Shown here: positions 37,824 to 51,909 of the stretch, piece after piece
How positions within the stretch are numbered: the stretch's first letter is position 1
Layout: the number at the start of each line of letters is the position of its first letter
DNA from: Octopus vulgaris
Lineage: Eukaryota
Assembly (NCBI GenBank): GCA_951406725.2
Contig: OX597820.1
Coordinates: 79,608,001-79,672,000, forward strand
Length of the DNA: 64,000 bases
Reading direction: 5' to 3'
The notes under the pieces: model-generated
What the model was told of the DNA's origin: nothing
The model's database searches: none
What the model saw: the letters and a program-made list of their open reading frames with translations, nothing else
Position numbers and translations under genes: made by a program

Positions 37824-38995
37824 AAGGTTCAGTCCTCAGCCCCCTCCTATTTATCCTAGTCCTCCAGGCAATAACGGAGGAATTCAAGACAGGATGCCTC
37901 TGGGAGCTCCTCTATGCCGATGACCCTGCTCTAATTACTGAGTCACTATCAGAACTAGAGGAGAAGTTTCAAGTGTGGAAACAAGGATTAGAACCGAAGG
38001 GCCTTAGAATCAACCTAGCTAAAACCAAAGTCCTAATAAGTAGGAAGGCAGGTAAACCACAAATCCCTTCAGGTAGATGGCCCTGCTCGATCTGTAGTAG
38101 AGGCATAGGTAGAAACTCTATAAGATGTACCCCGTGTAAGCTATGGACACATAAGAGGTGCAGTAATATCAAAGGAAGGCTAACTGGGAAGATAGATTTT
38201 TGTATGTGGCAGATGTTCGGGAGCAATAAACACTGAAAATGCGCAGAGACCAACTTCCACCACATTCCAGGGAGAAAAACTAGAAGTAGTTGATAGCTTC
38301 CATTACCTAGGTGACCAAGTCAGTAGCAGAGGAAGGTGCGCTGAAAGTGTAGGTGTTAGAATAAGAATAGCTTGGGCAAAGTTCAGAGAGCTCTTACCTC
38401 TGCTGGTGACAAAGGGCCTCTTGCTCAGAGTAAAAGGTAGACTGTATGACGCTTGTGTACAAACAGCCATGCTACATGGCAGTGAAACATGGGCTGTGAC
38501 TGCTGAGGATATGTGTAAGCTTGCAAGGAATGAAGCCAGTATGATCCGATGGATGTGTAATGTCAGTGTGCATACTTGACAGAGTGTAAGTACCTTGAGA
38601 GAAAAGTTGGACCTAAGAAGCATTAGATGTGGTGTGCAAGAGAGATGACTGCACTGGTATGGTCATGTGGGGAGAATGGATGAGGATAGCTGTGTGAAAA
38701 AGTATCACACCCTAGTGGTTGAGGGAACCTGTGGAGGAGGTAGACTCAGGAAGACCTGGGATGAAGTGGTGAAGCACGACCTTCGAACATTAGGCCTCAC
38801 CAAGGAAATGACTAGCGACTGAGACTTTTGGAAATATGCTGTGCTTGAGAAGACCCGGCAAGCCAAATTAGACCATAATCTGTGGCCTATGCCAGGAGCG
38901 TAACCAGCCCGCTTATGCGTACCTTTTCCTTCTTTGGTCACTAAACTCTACTTGCGAAGACCTGTTGAGGCAAGTGAAATCAAAATCAAAATCAA
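37824..38995 (+). mobile_element. 5'-truncated RTE-clade LINE (RT C-terminal half, 3' UTR stem-loop, (AAATC)n)
   Basis: GSVLSPLLF...ELLYADD...GLRINLAKTKVL...VVDSFHYLG...MLHGSETW...LHWYGHV motifs with frameshifts. Confidence 0.9.
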
Positions 38996-39541
38996 ATCCG
39001 ATGACTGGCATCTGTGCTAGTGGGGTGCAAAGAGCACCATACGAGTGTGATCATTGACAGAGCGGCTAACCGGCTTCCGTGCCAGTGGAACATAAAAGGG
39101 CACCATTCGAGTGTGACCGTTACCAGCATTGCCTTACTGGCACTTGTGCCCATGCTAGTAGGATGCCAAGAGCACCTTCTGAGCGTGATCGTTGCCAGAG
39201 CAGCCAACTGGCTTCCGTGCCAGTGGCATGTAAAAGAGCACCGTTCGAGTGTGATTGTTACCAACGTCGCCTTACTGGCACCTGTGCCAGTGGCATGTGT
39301 AAAAGGATTTGAGCGAGGTCATTGCCAGTACCGCCTGACTGGCCCTCGTGCCTGTGGCATGTAAAAAGCACCCACTACACTCTCGGAGTGGTTGGCATTA
39401 GGAAGGGCATCCAGCTGTAGAAACTCTGCCAGAACAAGATTGGAGCCTGGTGCAGCCATCTGGTTCACCAGCCCCTCAGTCAAAATCGTCCAACCCATGC
39501 TAGCATGGAAAGCGGACTTTAAACGATGATGATGATGATGA
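38996..39541 (+). mobile_element. Family C array retroposon contiguous with the RTE 3' end
   Basis: About 60-bp GTGCCAGTGGCATGTAAAA repeats, CCATGCTAGCATGG, (GAT)n; further copies at 40050-40570, 51600-51870 (-), 53475-53770 (-), 60670-61040. Confidence 0.8.
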
Positions 39542-41124
39542 ATCTGATATTGCGATTTTAACACAGCACATCTATAAGAGATGTATCAGAACAAATACTG
39601 CAGTAACTGGCCTATGAACAGTGCATATACATTAAGTATAATACATAGATGACTATACACTACATTAAGTCAATGATTCTCAACCCTTTTTCCCTATGGA
39701 CCCCTTTGATTCTTATTTTATTCTACTGGACCTCCATAGTAATTCAATGTTTAAAAATTCCTATTATTTTATAATTAAATATTATTAATAATTATATAAA
39801 AAAATTGTTAAAATATTTTATATACTGTAGAAGTTTAACCAATTTATTGCAGATAAATTTTAACAACAAAGTCTTATAGGAACCCCTAAGGGCTGTATGG
39901 ACCCTGGTGGAGAATCACAACTTTATGTTATTAAAGATTTAAATATTAAGACACTGTGTTATCAATAAGCATGTAAATATAGGACTATGGTACTTATCAA
40001 ACAATGGAATTTCACTTAACATTATACATTTTTACATCCAAGGAAAACAAATCAAAATCGCTGAAGCGGCTATGATAGTACTGCCTGATTGGCACTTGTG
40101 CTAGTGGAACGTTAAAAGCACATCCAAGCGTGATCGTTGCCAGGGCCACGGATTAGCTCCCGTGCCGATGGCATGTGAAAAGCACCATTCAGGCATGATC
40201 GTTGCCAGCGTTGCCTTACCGGCACATGTGCTGGTGGCACGTACAAAACAACATTCGAGCATGGTCGTTGCCAGTGCCACCGGACGGGCTCCCGTGCAGG
40301 TAGCACGTAAAAAACATCTTTTGAGCATGGTTGTTGCCAGAACCGCCTGACTGGTCCTTGTGCCAGTGGTATGTAAAAGCACCCACTACACTTTCGGAGT
40401 GGTTGGCATTAGGAAAGGCATCCAGCTGTAGAAACTCTGCCAGATCAGATTGGAGCCTGGTGCTGCCTCTAGTTCACCAGTCTTCAGTCAAACTGCCCAA
40501 CATATGCCAGCATGGAAAGCAGATGTTAAACGATGATGCTGATGCTGCTGCTGCTGCTGATGATGATGATAACTGTATTTAAGATTTGCTTCTAATTTCT
40601 TCATTGGCTGTTTTATAATTTCTATTCAAGAAACAGAACTGAATAAGATTAGTTAAGGACTAAAATAACAACAATAATCCTTTCTACTGAAGGCAAAAGG
40701 TCTTGAAATTTTGGGGGAGAGGACTAGTCAATTACATAAACCCCAGTGTATCACTAGTGCTCAATTTTTTGACCCCAAAATGATGAAAGGCAAAATCGAC
40801 CTCGGTGGAATTTGAGCCCAATATATAGCAATGGGCGAATTACCGTTAAGCATTTTGTCCAGTGTGTTAACAATTTTGCCAGCTTGCTGCCTTCAAGAAT
40901 AACAACAATAAGAACTGAGTGAGTTTACATTAAGAAAACTAGTAACTGGTTGAGCAATGTAATCTTTGACAGACAAGAAAATAGGAAAACAAATGACTTT
41001 GTCTCTTTGTGCAGTGATAGAATTTGTATATTTAGGGAATCTTCAATAACGGTTGGTTTGTAGATTTGAGATGAACATGGGGTTAAATTGCACGTCAGGA
41101 TATTACAACCAAGACTGATACATT

Positions 41125-41155
<31 letters not shown>

Positions 41156-44100
41156 CATATATATAAAACATACAAGACTTTTATTTCTGTTTTTCCTGAG
41201 TGTAAACCTAATACCCTTTTTGTTTTTTTACTTTGTCTTTATGTTTTTTTATTTTTGCATCGGATACATACATACATTATATACCCCTCCACACACACAG
41301 ACACATATATGCACATGCACAGGTACATATATTGATATTCGATGCAGTGAGTGCATGTGTGCATGTGTGTATACTGCCACTGCTAGTGTCTAGTATTTCC
41401 CTGCCTGCTTACTTGCATTTTCCATTCTATTGATTGTCTTCACTTGAAGAATTCAATATCATCAATGTCAGATGAAACTCCCGACCGACAAAGTGCACGC
41501 AGTCTTAACGGATGATGTGCTATGTTGGATAAATTGGAGGAATCTTAAAATTCAAAATTTCCTTGTGCACCACAGAAGACAATTACGTCAACTTAACTAA
41601 TTAAATTATATAATTAATTCGCAACCGACTAATAACCAGTGCTGTCTTCGAAATTAATGCTGCAGATCAATACTTTTACCATCTTCATTAACTTATTTTG
41701 TTTGTTTTAGTATTGTCTTTTCTTTTTACCTTTTTGTTCTGTTCAGTTCAAAGTACTTGGTTCTTTCTTTTTGTAATTTGAACTGTAAAAGTCAATGAAG
41801 AAAAAGAAATCCTGAAAACTTGATAACTGGTTGAGCATCAAAGTTTCTAGTTTAGTGACAAGAATTTCTGACAGTAATTTATTTTATCGTCTTTTGTCTT
41901 TCACTTGTTTCAGTTATTAGACTGCGGCCATGCTGGAGTACCGCCCTTGAATCAACCTCAGTGCTTATTTTTTTAAAGCCTGGTTCTTATTCTATCAGTT
42001 ACATGTGCTGAACCCTCAAGTTATGGGGATGTAAACACACCAACAGCAGTTATCAAGTGATGGTAGGGGACAGACACAAAGACACACACACACTCTCATT
42101 GTCATTATCATCATTGTCGTCGTTTAACGTCCGCTTTCCATGCTGGCATGGGTTGGACGGTTGGAGTGAGGATTGGCAAGCCAGGAAGCTGCAAGGTTTC
42201 TACAGCTAGATGCCCTTCCTAATGTCAACCACTCCGAAAGTATAGTGGGTTCTTTATACATGCCACCAGCATGGGAACCAGTCAGGCAGCACTGAATGGT
42301 GCTTTTTACATGTCACTGGCACAGGTGCCAGTCAGGTGGCACTGGCATCAACCACACACATATATATTTATATATACACTATGGGCTTCTTATAGTTTCT
42401 GTTTACCAAATTCACTGGGAGGGCTTTGGTTGGCCCGATGCTATAATAGAAGACACTTGTCCAAGATGCCGGACACTGGGACTGAAAATAGCACCATGTG
42501 TTTGGGAAGCTAGTTCTTATTTCTTTATTGCCCACAAGGGGCTAAACATAGAGGGGACAAATAAAGACATTAAGTCGATTACATCGACTCCAGTGCGTAA
42601 CTGGTACTTAATTTATTGACCCCAAAAGGATGAAAGGCAAAGTCGACCTCTGCGGAATTTGAACTCAGAACATAACGGCAGACTAAATACCGCTAAGCAT
42701 TTGACCCGGCATGCTAACGTTTCTGCCAGCTCACCACCTTAAGCCTTAAGTTTGGGTAGCAAGTTCTTACCGCACAGCCACACCTAGTTTTATAAGGTAG
42801 CAAGCTGGCAGAATTGTTATCATGCCAGACAAAATGTCTTTGTTCTGAGGTCAAATTCCTCTGAGATTGACTTTGCCTTTTGTTCTTTTGTGTTTGATAA
42901 AGTATGTGTACCAGTTATGCACTGGGGTTGATGTAATCGAGTAATCTCATCCTTCAAAATTTCAGGCTTTGCATCTACAATAGAAAGGATTATTTAATTT
43001 TTTTTTTTGCTTTCTTTATACATGGCTGTAAAGCTTGCGGAGTTGTTTGGTCTAGCAGTTAGAATGTTGCCCTCATGATTGCAAGATTGTGGTTTCAATT
43101 CTGGGACCAGGCAGTGCATTGTGTTAAATCATCGCCATTTAATGTCCAGTTTTCCATTCTTGCATGGATCAGATGGAATTTGAGGCAGATTTTCCATGGA
43201 CAGATGCCCTTCCTGTCACCAACCTTCACCTGTTTACAAGCAAGGGAATATTTCCCCCATGGCCAGACTTGCTTTTCATGGAAGATTGGAAATAAACAGT
43301 CTTGCTCACATGATCATGTTGATGATGATCATATACAACCATCAGCATGATGTCTAGACAAGTGTGCACACAAATGTACACATGTGATGGGCTTCTACAC
43401 AGTTTCTGTCAAACTAGGTTCCACTTGTGTGCCATTTATCACAACCCGAGGCCATGACAAATGAAATTTGCTCTCGATGCCATGCAAAGGGGTTGAACCG
43501 TGACTTTCGTGATTGCAAAGCAAACTTCTTAAGCACTTGGCTGTGCCTATGGTATGCTGTCTGTTTGTTTGTCTGTCTGTCTCTCTCTCACAGAGAGAGA
43601 GAAAGAGAGTGAGAGAGAGAGAGAGTGTGTGCGTGAGAGAGATTACAAAATAATTAAATTATGTAAACGTTTATTGACCTTCCTTTATCTCTCTATATAT
43701 TCTAGCTAGAATGATTTATTTGTATCTGTCTTATATCCTGTATTTTTGGCATGTAAGACACGCCCCTACCTCACAAGTATATTTCGTAGCAAAAACAACA
43801 TAATATATAATGTGTGAAAGTATATTGGATACAGTATATGAGTGCTGTATTTCAACTTAATTGTCTTTCAGCTTAACTGTACAGTTGTTTATTTTCTGGT
43901 TAAGAAAATTGCCAAACAGGATGTAAAACTCATATTTCTGGCTGTGTTGTTTTACATAGCCATGATCATGCACCAGGGTGATACACCACACTTATGACCT
44001 TGTTGTCATCCAGTCATTGCAGATAGCTGACAGGCTAGCAGAATTTTTCATTAAGATAATTAAAAAAAAAAAAAGTTCCTTCAAGGTACATTAAATAATG

Positions 44101-44430
44101 CAAAACACATATCAGGTGTGAGTTATATATGCTGGGGAAGGTGGTATGAAGAGATATTGTCACCTCACCACATAACTGTAAGCAATTATTTTGTAATTTT
44201 GTGCTAACAGTCTGTGATATTTTGGCTCATTTCCAGTATTTTATCATTAGTAACAATTGCTGTGCCTTGCAGGCTTACGCTCGTCTGGTTCCTTTGCATG
44301 TCACACTTTGGTCTCCCATCCATAATACAGCTGCATTAGACTCAGGACAATTTTTTGATACATCATTATCATCAATTAGAAAATTACTATTTTTAAATCT
44401 CACAATGTGAGATATTCAGCAACAATACTT

Positions 44431-44778
44431 TGTAGTAAAGATTGTTTGCCAACATAACACGGCAGTCCTGGTTTAGGACTAATGTTGCTGTAATTTAGCC
44501 CCCGGAGACATCGTCTCCAGCTGGCTATATGACGCAATCTGTGTCCTTACATTTTCGAACGATTATTCTGTGCTGATGAAGAGAAATAACCCAGAAATCG
44601 CAATACACAGATATTGTTTTGAACTGAGTGGGGGTGCTAGATTCCCATGTTTGACAATATAAGGACACAGATTGTGTTGTATAGCCAGCTGGAGACGATG
44701 TCTCCTGGGGCTAAATTACAGCAACAGTCGTCCTAAACCAAGACTGCTATGTTATGTTGGCAAACAATCTTTACTACA
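44431..44778. mobile_element. Fold-back element with 130-bp inverted arms (TG...CA ends) and a hammerhead-like loop
   Basis: Arms 44431-44560 and 44649-44778 are reverse complements; 88-bp spacer contains TCTGTG-CTGATGA...GAAA...TA-CACAGA; no obvious TSD. Confidence 0.8.
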
Positions 44779-46515
44779 TCATAATCATCATTTAATATTT
44801 GTGTTGCATGTTGACATGGAATAGCTGGTTTGAGAGGGTCAGATGAGCCCAAAGACTGCAATGTGCTCCAGTGTCTGTTTGGCAGGGTTTCTCCGGCTCA
44901 ATGCACTTTGTAATGGGTTGCCACTTTACAGCATGTCCTGGGTGCTTTTTTGGTGTCACCGTCACTAGTGCGGTTTGCCATACAACTTGCAAGACCGAGT
45001 GGAGAGGGAGAACTTTATGCTAGGAGAATAGGGAGTAGAGAGGGGTAAGAGCATGAGAGAAAGGGCCAGAGCAGGACTGGTTTCTTGCTGTAGAGGAGCG
45101 ACATGATTCCTTACATTCTAAAACAGCGGGGGTCGGGGTGGTGTAGGGGTGAAGTTGGAAAGTGATGAAAGAAATGTGGTGATGTGGTATGAGGTGGGTA
45201 GGATTGGGTGAGATGGGTACAAGGAGTGGGTGATAGAAAAGGGGACGTCTGAGAGTATGTGGCAGTGGAAAAGAAAAGGCACATCTTATTCACCAGCAAT
45301 AAGATATATATATATATATCATTATCATAATCATCATCAAGATTTGAGATCTGTTTTCCACACTGGCTTGGGTTGGATGGGTTGACAGGATCTGGCAAAC
45401 CGGAGTGCTGCACTAGGCTCCAATTGTCTGTGTTGGCAGGGTTTCTACAGCTGGATGCCCTTCCTAGTGCCAACCACTTTACAGAGTGTACTGGGTGCTT
45501 TTTACATGCTACCAGCATGTGTGTTGCTACATGGCATCAACACAGGTGCTTTTTTTACATGGCACCAGCACAGGTACTTTTTATGTGGCACCAGGTGCTT
45601 TTCATGTGGTACCAGTATGGCTGCTTTTTACATGGCTCTAGCATCAGTGCTCTTTATGTGTCACCATCATTGGTGCTTTTTATGTGGAACCTGCATATGT
45701 GCTTTCTATGTGGCACTGGTATGGCTGCTTTTTATGTGACACTAGCATTGGTGCCTTTTGCGCGACACCAGCTCAGGTACTTTTTATGTGACACCATCAT
45801 GGGTGCTTTCTATGTGGCACTTACATATACTTATGTATTTATATCTGAATTGCTGGAACAAGTATGTATTAAACACAGTCCTCTAGGTATAGAACAACAC
45901 AATGGCACTATTGTGAGTTTGAACTGATGACCCTTTTCAACAGACCTAACAACTTAAATGATTTTCCATGACAAAAGGTTATTCTGGCACCTTGAAGCAC
46001 CTTTAGATTACTTAGAGATATAGTCACACATAAATTATTTCTTACATACAATTGTTATTTTTTTTGTTGGAAATATCAGACCTTTTGTCACGGTCAATTT
46101 TAATTACTTGTTTCTTTACTCATAACTGTGGCCATACCGGGGCACCACCGTAATGGGTTTTAGTTGAACAGATTGAACTGAGTACTAATTTAAAAAAAAA
46201 TCTGGTACTTATCCTATTGGGCTCTTTGCTGAACTGCTGAGTTATAGGGATGTGAACAAACCAACACTGATTGTCAGGTGGTGTGTGCGACACACACACA
46301 CACGCAATCACATTATTGACTCCCACAAAGTTTCTGTCTATTGAATTCACTCACAAGGAGCTGATTGGCCTAGGGCTGAACCCAAAAGCACATGGTTACA
46401 AAGGGAGCTTCTTCACCACACTGCCATGCCTGCACCTATTTGCTTATTTTAAAAAGGAAATTAATTAGAAGTGGAGAAATAGTATTCATATTAATTGCAG
46501 ACTCTTCCACATTGG

Positions 46516-46946
46516 TTAGATTAGATGGAAAGTGATGGAAAATTCTGATAATCTCAAGTGTGGAAACCATTTCTGAGTAGTTCTTTTAGTAATAGCACCT
46601 TTCTTGTACACAGCACAAATGTCTTGAGAAGCTTTGGAAGCTTTGGAACATTGATTGAAAGTGAAGAGAAACAGGTCTTGAAAATGATCACTTTTTTCTA
46701 CTTGGTATTCCATCATTATATACTCTCTCTTTTTACTCTTTTACTTGTTTCAGTCATTTGACTGTGGCCATGCTGGAGCACCGCCTTTAGTCGAGCAAAT
46801 CGACCCCAGGACTTTTTCTTTGTAAGCCTAGTACTTATTCTATCGGTCTCTAATGCCGAACTGCTAAGTTACGGGGACGTAAACACACCAGCATTGGTTG
46901 TCAAGAAATGGTGGCGGACAAACACAGACACAAACATATACACATG

Positions 46947-47010
<64 letters not shown>

Positions 47011-47340
47011 TACGACAGGCTTCTTTCAGTTTCCGTTTACCAAATCCACTCACAAGACTTCGGTTGGCCTGAGGCTATAGTAGAAGACACTTGCCCAAGG
47101 TGCCATGCAGTGGGACTGAACCCGGAACCATGTGGTTGGTAAGCAAGCAACTTACCACACAGCCACTCCTATGCTGAAAAAAGATATAATTTATTCAAAT
47201 TTCAGAAACAATAAACAAAGGTTGTAGATGAAGAATAGAGTTTCTGAAAGATACCCCATTAAACATTAGCAAAAATATTTTTTGCGTTAATTCAAGTCAC
47301 ATTTGAAAGAAAGAAACAAATTTATCTGACAACCAATATT
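46516..47340 (-). mobile_element. Mariner relic (Mos1-type N-terminal HTH), interrupted by the SINE at 46725-47170
   Basis: HFQDLFLFTFNQCSKASKASQDICAVYKKGAITKRTTQKWF; TA|TTGGTTGTCAGATAA TIR-like end near 47338. Confidence 0.7.
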
Positions 47341-48294
47341 TATTATGAGAGGAGCCAAGTGATGGTGTGTTTTGGTTGGGGTTACACTACACACTAGAAC
47401 AAGGAAGTAGATGATTTTATAGTAAGACTAGAAGAGGCAGAGAGATAAGAGAAAGCATATCTGGGTAGCTGCTTGTAGCTGGTTGGTTAGTGAGTCTTTG
47501 TCATTAAGTGAATGACCTTGTGTTAGGTGTGGCCTATGATGTTCTGTTGGTGTTGTGCCAAAACCAGATATTTCAATAGTTACGTTTATGTAAGCTCACA
47601 AAGTTATGACGAATACTTGGCTACACAATCTTGTTCATGAGTCAGTCGAAATTTGTAATGACAGAACTTTCTGTGGCAAACCTTCTCCTATTTCCAAGCA
47701 TGGCAGTATTTCTCCCTTGTCTGTTGAACAAAGAACAGCATGGAACATTGGTTCCACAGACGAGTACAAACCAATAACACCATTTGTATGAATGGTAATG
47801 CTTTGTGTATGCGCATGTGTGTGTGCATGCATGTGTGCATTTGTGCATGCATGTGTCAGGTCAGGTGTGGGGTCTTGTGCCATTGCAGCACATTTTTGCA
47901 TTCCCCATTTATTGGTATATTCTCAGGTCCTCCTGGGTGACCCGTCAGGCAGAGCCCCAGTCAGTCCCCATCTCTGCAAGTTTCCTCCTCATCTGCCATA
48001 ACCATCTTAATTTGTTTATTTGAAAGTCACAGCATCAGCAGTGCCATTGTTATCTCTTATCTTATCATTAACTTCCGCACTTGCTTCCTGCTTTCAAAAG
48101 ATCCCTTACTTGAAAAACAGGTAAGGGTTTGTGTCAGGAAAGGCATCCAGCTGTAAAACAGTGCTTCAATAACATATTCATCTAACTCATTGCAAAGATG
48201 GGGTGGGGGTGGGGGAACTGAAAGAGAAAGTTTCTTCTACTATAGCCCTGGGCTCATCAAATCCTTGCGAGTGGATTTTGCAGATGGAAAAATA

Positions 48295-49149
48295 TATATA
48301 CCCATGGGAATAAGAATGGGCCCCAACTATGCAAACCTGTTTGTTGGCTATGTTGTGGCTCAAATATTATTACAATTCACTGGTCCCACTTCCGAGCTAT
48401 ACAGTCATTAAATCAATGACTGTATTGACGCGACCTCACTCTCCCGCAAACATCTGGACTCCTTCCTCTCTCACTTTGTCCCTTTGCACCACATGGGCTC
48501 AGCTCACTACCTATCTACATCTGACACCAACCCCACATGGATTTCCACACACCTCCCACATTCAACTGTCCTTCCTCCACCTACACACTTGCATGCTAAC
48601 TACCTTGGTACTCTCACCACACACATCACTATACAAACAACAATACACACTGCTCAACTCATTACTCACTTCACACACCATTACACACACACCCACAAAC
48701 ACCTTCACACTCCACACACACACACTAGCGCTGAACACTTCTCAGCCCCCACACCACACACCATTATCCACACCCGCACGCAATCTTCAATAGCGTCACT
48801 ACACATACCATTATACACACACACATGCTGTTTAACACAGTACGCACACCACACACCATGCACACTCCCACACCTACACAAGCATATAATACCTGAACAC
48901 AAACAATACACACACTCACACACACACATACACACACACACAACACATAGACAATGATAACTTTCAATCTGTACTATTTTGTCACAGACAGACAGACGCA
49001 CACACCACTTGAACAAGCACACATCAATTACTACACACACACACGTTAGACTTACTTGGCCCCATTCAAACATACACACAACATTCTCACATACATATAC
49101 ACACATGCGTGTGCACCTTAGTTTCTTGGGGGTCACCATTACCTTTACC

Positions 49150-49205
<56 letters not shown>

Positions 49206-49375
49206 CTCCCTTTCATTCAACCTCTTTCTTCCAGTCATGTTGGACTGTTGAACCCTGCACTATTATCCTCTCTCCATGTTTTTTCATTCTCTCTCCATTT
49301 TTTTTTACCTCTGTCAAAGAGCATAGGCTCGAAATATAAAAAGCTTTTCCATTTTTCCTGATTGTTAAATGGATA
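48295..49375 (+). mobile_element. Penelope-like element relic: RT fragment, CA-rich tract and pLTR-like end
   Basis: PMGIRMGPNYANLFVGYV...ELYSH*INDCI matches PLE RT 'GxxMGxxxxPxYANLFM...RYIDD'; CTGTCAAAGAGC-ATAG-GCTCGAAA hammerhead-like variant at about 49311-49335. Confidence 0.7.
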
Positions 49376-49433
49376 TGCCTGCTTGTTGTTCTTACACCTG
49401 TCTTCGTCTTTTGTTTTCTGTAAATTTGAACTA

Positions 49434-49465
<32 letters not shown>

Positions 49466-51909
49466 CGTGTGTGTGTGTCCTTGTCTAGATATGGTGATGG
49501 CTGTAAATGAATATCACCATACAAGTAAGGTTGTTTCATTTCTAGTCTTCCCTGGAAAACACATCTGGCCATGGGGAAATATTACCTTGCTTGGAAACAA
49601 GTGAGGTTTGGCAACAGCAAGGGCATCCAGCTGTAAAAAATTTGCGAAAAAATTCTGTCTGACCCATGCTAGCATAAAAAAGTAAATGTTAGGTAATAAT
49701 GATTATGATGTATTGTATAGTGAAACTGTTCACCCCACCCGGTAATAAGTAGTAGTAGCCAGCTATTATAATTATAAATAGACCAGTAACCGGTTGACAG
49801 GCAGAAGGAAGAAAGTTGAGAGCACATGTAGACTGTGTTGATAGTCATGTCTGTGCTGATATAGTAATTATATTGTGATACTGAGTTGACATAATATCGA
49901 TCCAACCCTTTGACAATAATAATACTGTATGACTGGGGTGGGGTGGGGGTCGTACATTGTCAGATAGAACCATTCTATCGACGGCTTCAGAATATAACAA
50001 TATCTGTCACAGTGACAGTCGTCAAAAGACAGATACAACAGTGGCAAAAGACTGCTTTACAACATGACAATATACATACATATATCTACATATATATACA
50101 AATACATAGATGTAGGTGCAGTCTATGGTTAACCCTTTCGTATTCAGATTACTCTGTCAAATGTTAGGCTTATGTATTCACATTGTCTTGTATTAGTCAT
50201 GCATTAATGTAGTTGCTTCAAGATTTCAAGGATCTGACGATTTACTTTTAGAATAGGTTCGCCTGATTGGTTCCTGTGCCGGTGGCATGTAAATGGCACC
50301 ATCTGAATGTGATCATTGCCAGACCCACCTTACTGGTTCCAGTGCCAGTGGCACATAAAAAGCACCCACTACACTCTTGGAGTGGTTGGCATTAGGAAGG
50401 GCATCCAGCTGTAGAAACTTTGCCAGACCAGGTTGGAGCCTGGTGCAGCTGCTGGCTCTGCAGACCTCAGCCAAACCGTTCAACCCATGTCAGCATTGGA
50501 AAACAGACGTTAATGATGATGATAGTGATGAATGTAGGATAAGTGTGAGAGATCAGATCTGGTTAGGATCTATGTAGAACAGGAAGAATATTTGGGTGTG
50601 ATATGGCTGGTTTAAATGCTAAAAAGTTAAGACGCTTACTTCCTAGCCATCATGTTGTGGGAGGGGTACCTCGACATTTTTTTGGGGACAGCAGCTGATT
50701 ATGTGTATGATGCAATTGACATTTGTGGTTGTCTTTGGATTAAGGAACTTTGCTGTCTCTTTCATTTATTAGATATTCCATATTCCATTTATTAGATATT
50801 CTTGCTCATGGATGGCATGAGCATAATCTTCGAGATGTGACATGATGTCACTAGTCTAATACAGGCAACACTACTTTAATAATATTATTCCCTCACCTCT
50901 ATAAGGCGGCAAGCTGGCAGAATTCTTAGAATGAGGGGTGAAATATTTAGGCACATTTCATTTGTCATTATGCTAAGTTAATACTCTGCGGAGGTTGACT
51001 TTGCCTTTCATCCTCTCAGGGGTCAATAAAATAAGTTCCAGTTTAGCACTGGAGTTAATGTAATCACCTTATCCTCTCCCTCTGAAATTGCTGGCCTTGT
51101 GCCAAAATTAGACATCAATATAATCTTGTGGGTGTCTATCAAATAAGTTGCTAGTTTTTGGAGCTTTAATGTGTGCATTTGCAGGGAAGCACGATGTTTA
51201 GAGTATGGAAAATGTCTGATGGCAGGTATTTATCTGATTGCAGGTTGTGGAACAGTTTCCAGGAGATTGATATTCTGAGCATATCTATTTTTCTGTCCTA
51301 GTATGTATAATGTACATAGATTTTCTTTTGGTTATTAACAATAAGTATTTACTTGTTTGATCAACAGAACTACATACTTATTGAATTAGCCTGTAAATGG
51401 TTGTGTATTCCAAAGCAGGATCAGCCAGTGGGCTTCTTTATACTTTACATACATACCCTGTTTTATTCTCAAGACTTGACTTGACATGAGCTGTACAGTT
51501 GAAGACAGTTGCTCAAGACACCATCTGATGGGATCCAACACAGAATCTCATGTTTGCAAAGCATACTCCTTGATGATTTGGCCATATTACACCCTTATAT
51601 ATCATCATCATCATCATCATCATCATTTAACGTCCGCTATCCATGCTGGCATGGGGTGGACGGTTTGACTGAGGACTGGAGAGCGAGAGGCTGTACCAGG
51701 CTAAATCTGATCTGGCAAAGTTTCTACAGCTGGATGCCCTTCCTAATGCCAACCACTCCGAGAGTGTAGTGGGTGCTTTTTATGTGCCATCAGCACGAGG
51801 GCCAGTCAGGTGGTTCTGGCAACAACCATGCTCAAAGGTGTTTTTACATGCTACCTGCATGGGAGCCAATCACATATATATATATTTATATAAATATAAA
51901 TATGTGTGT

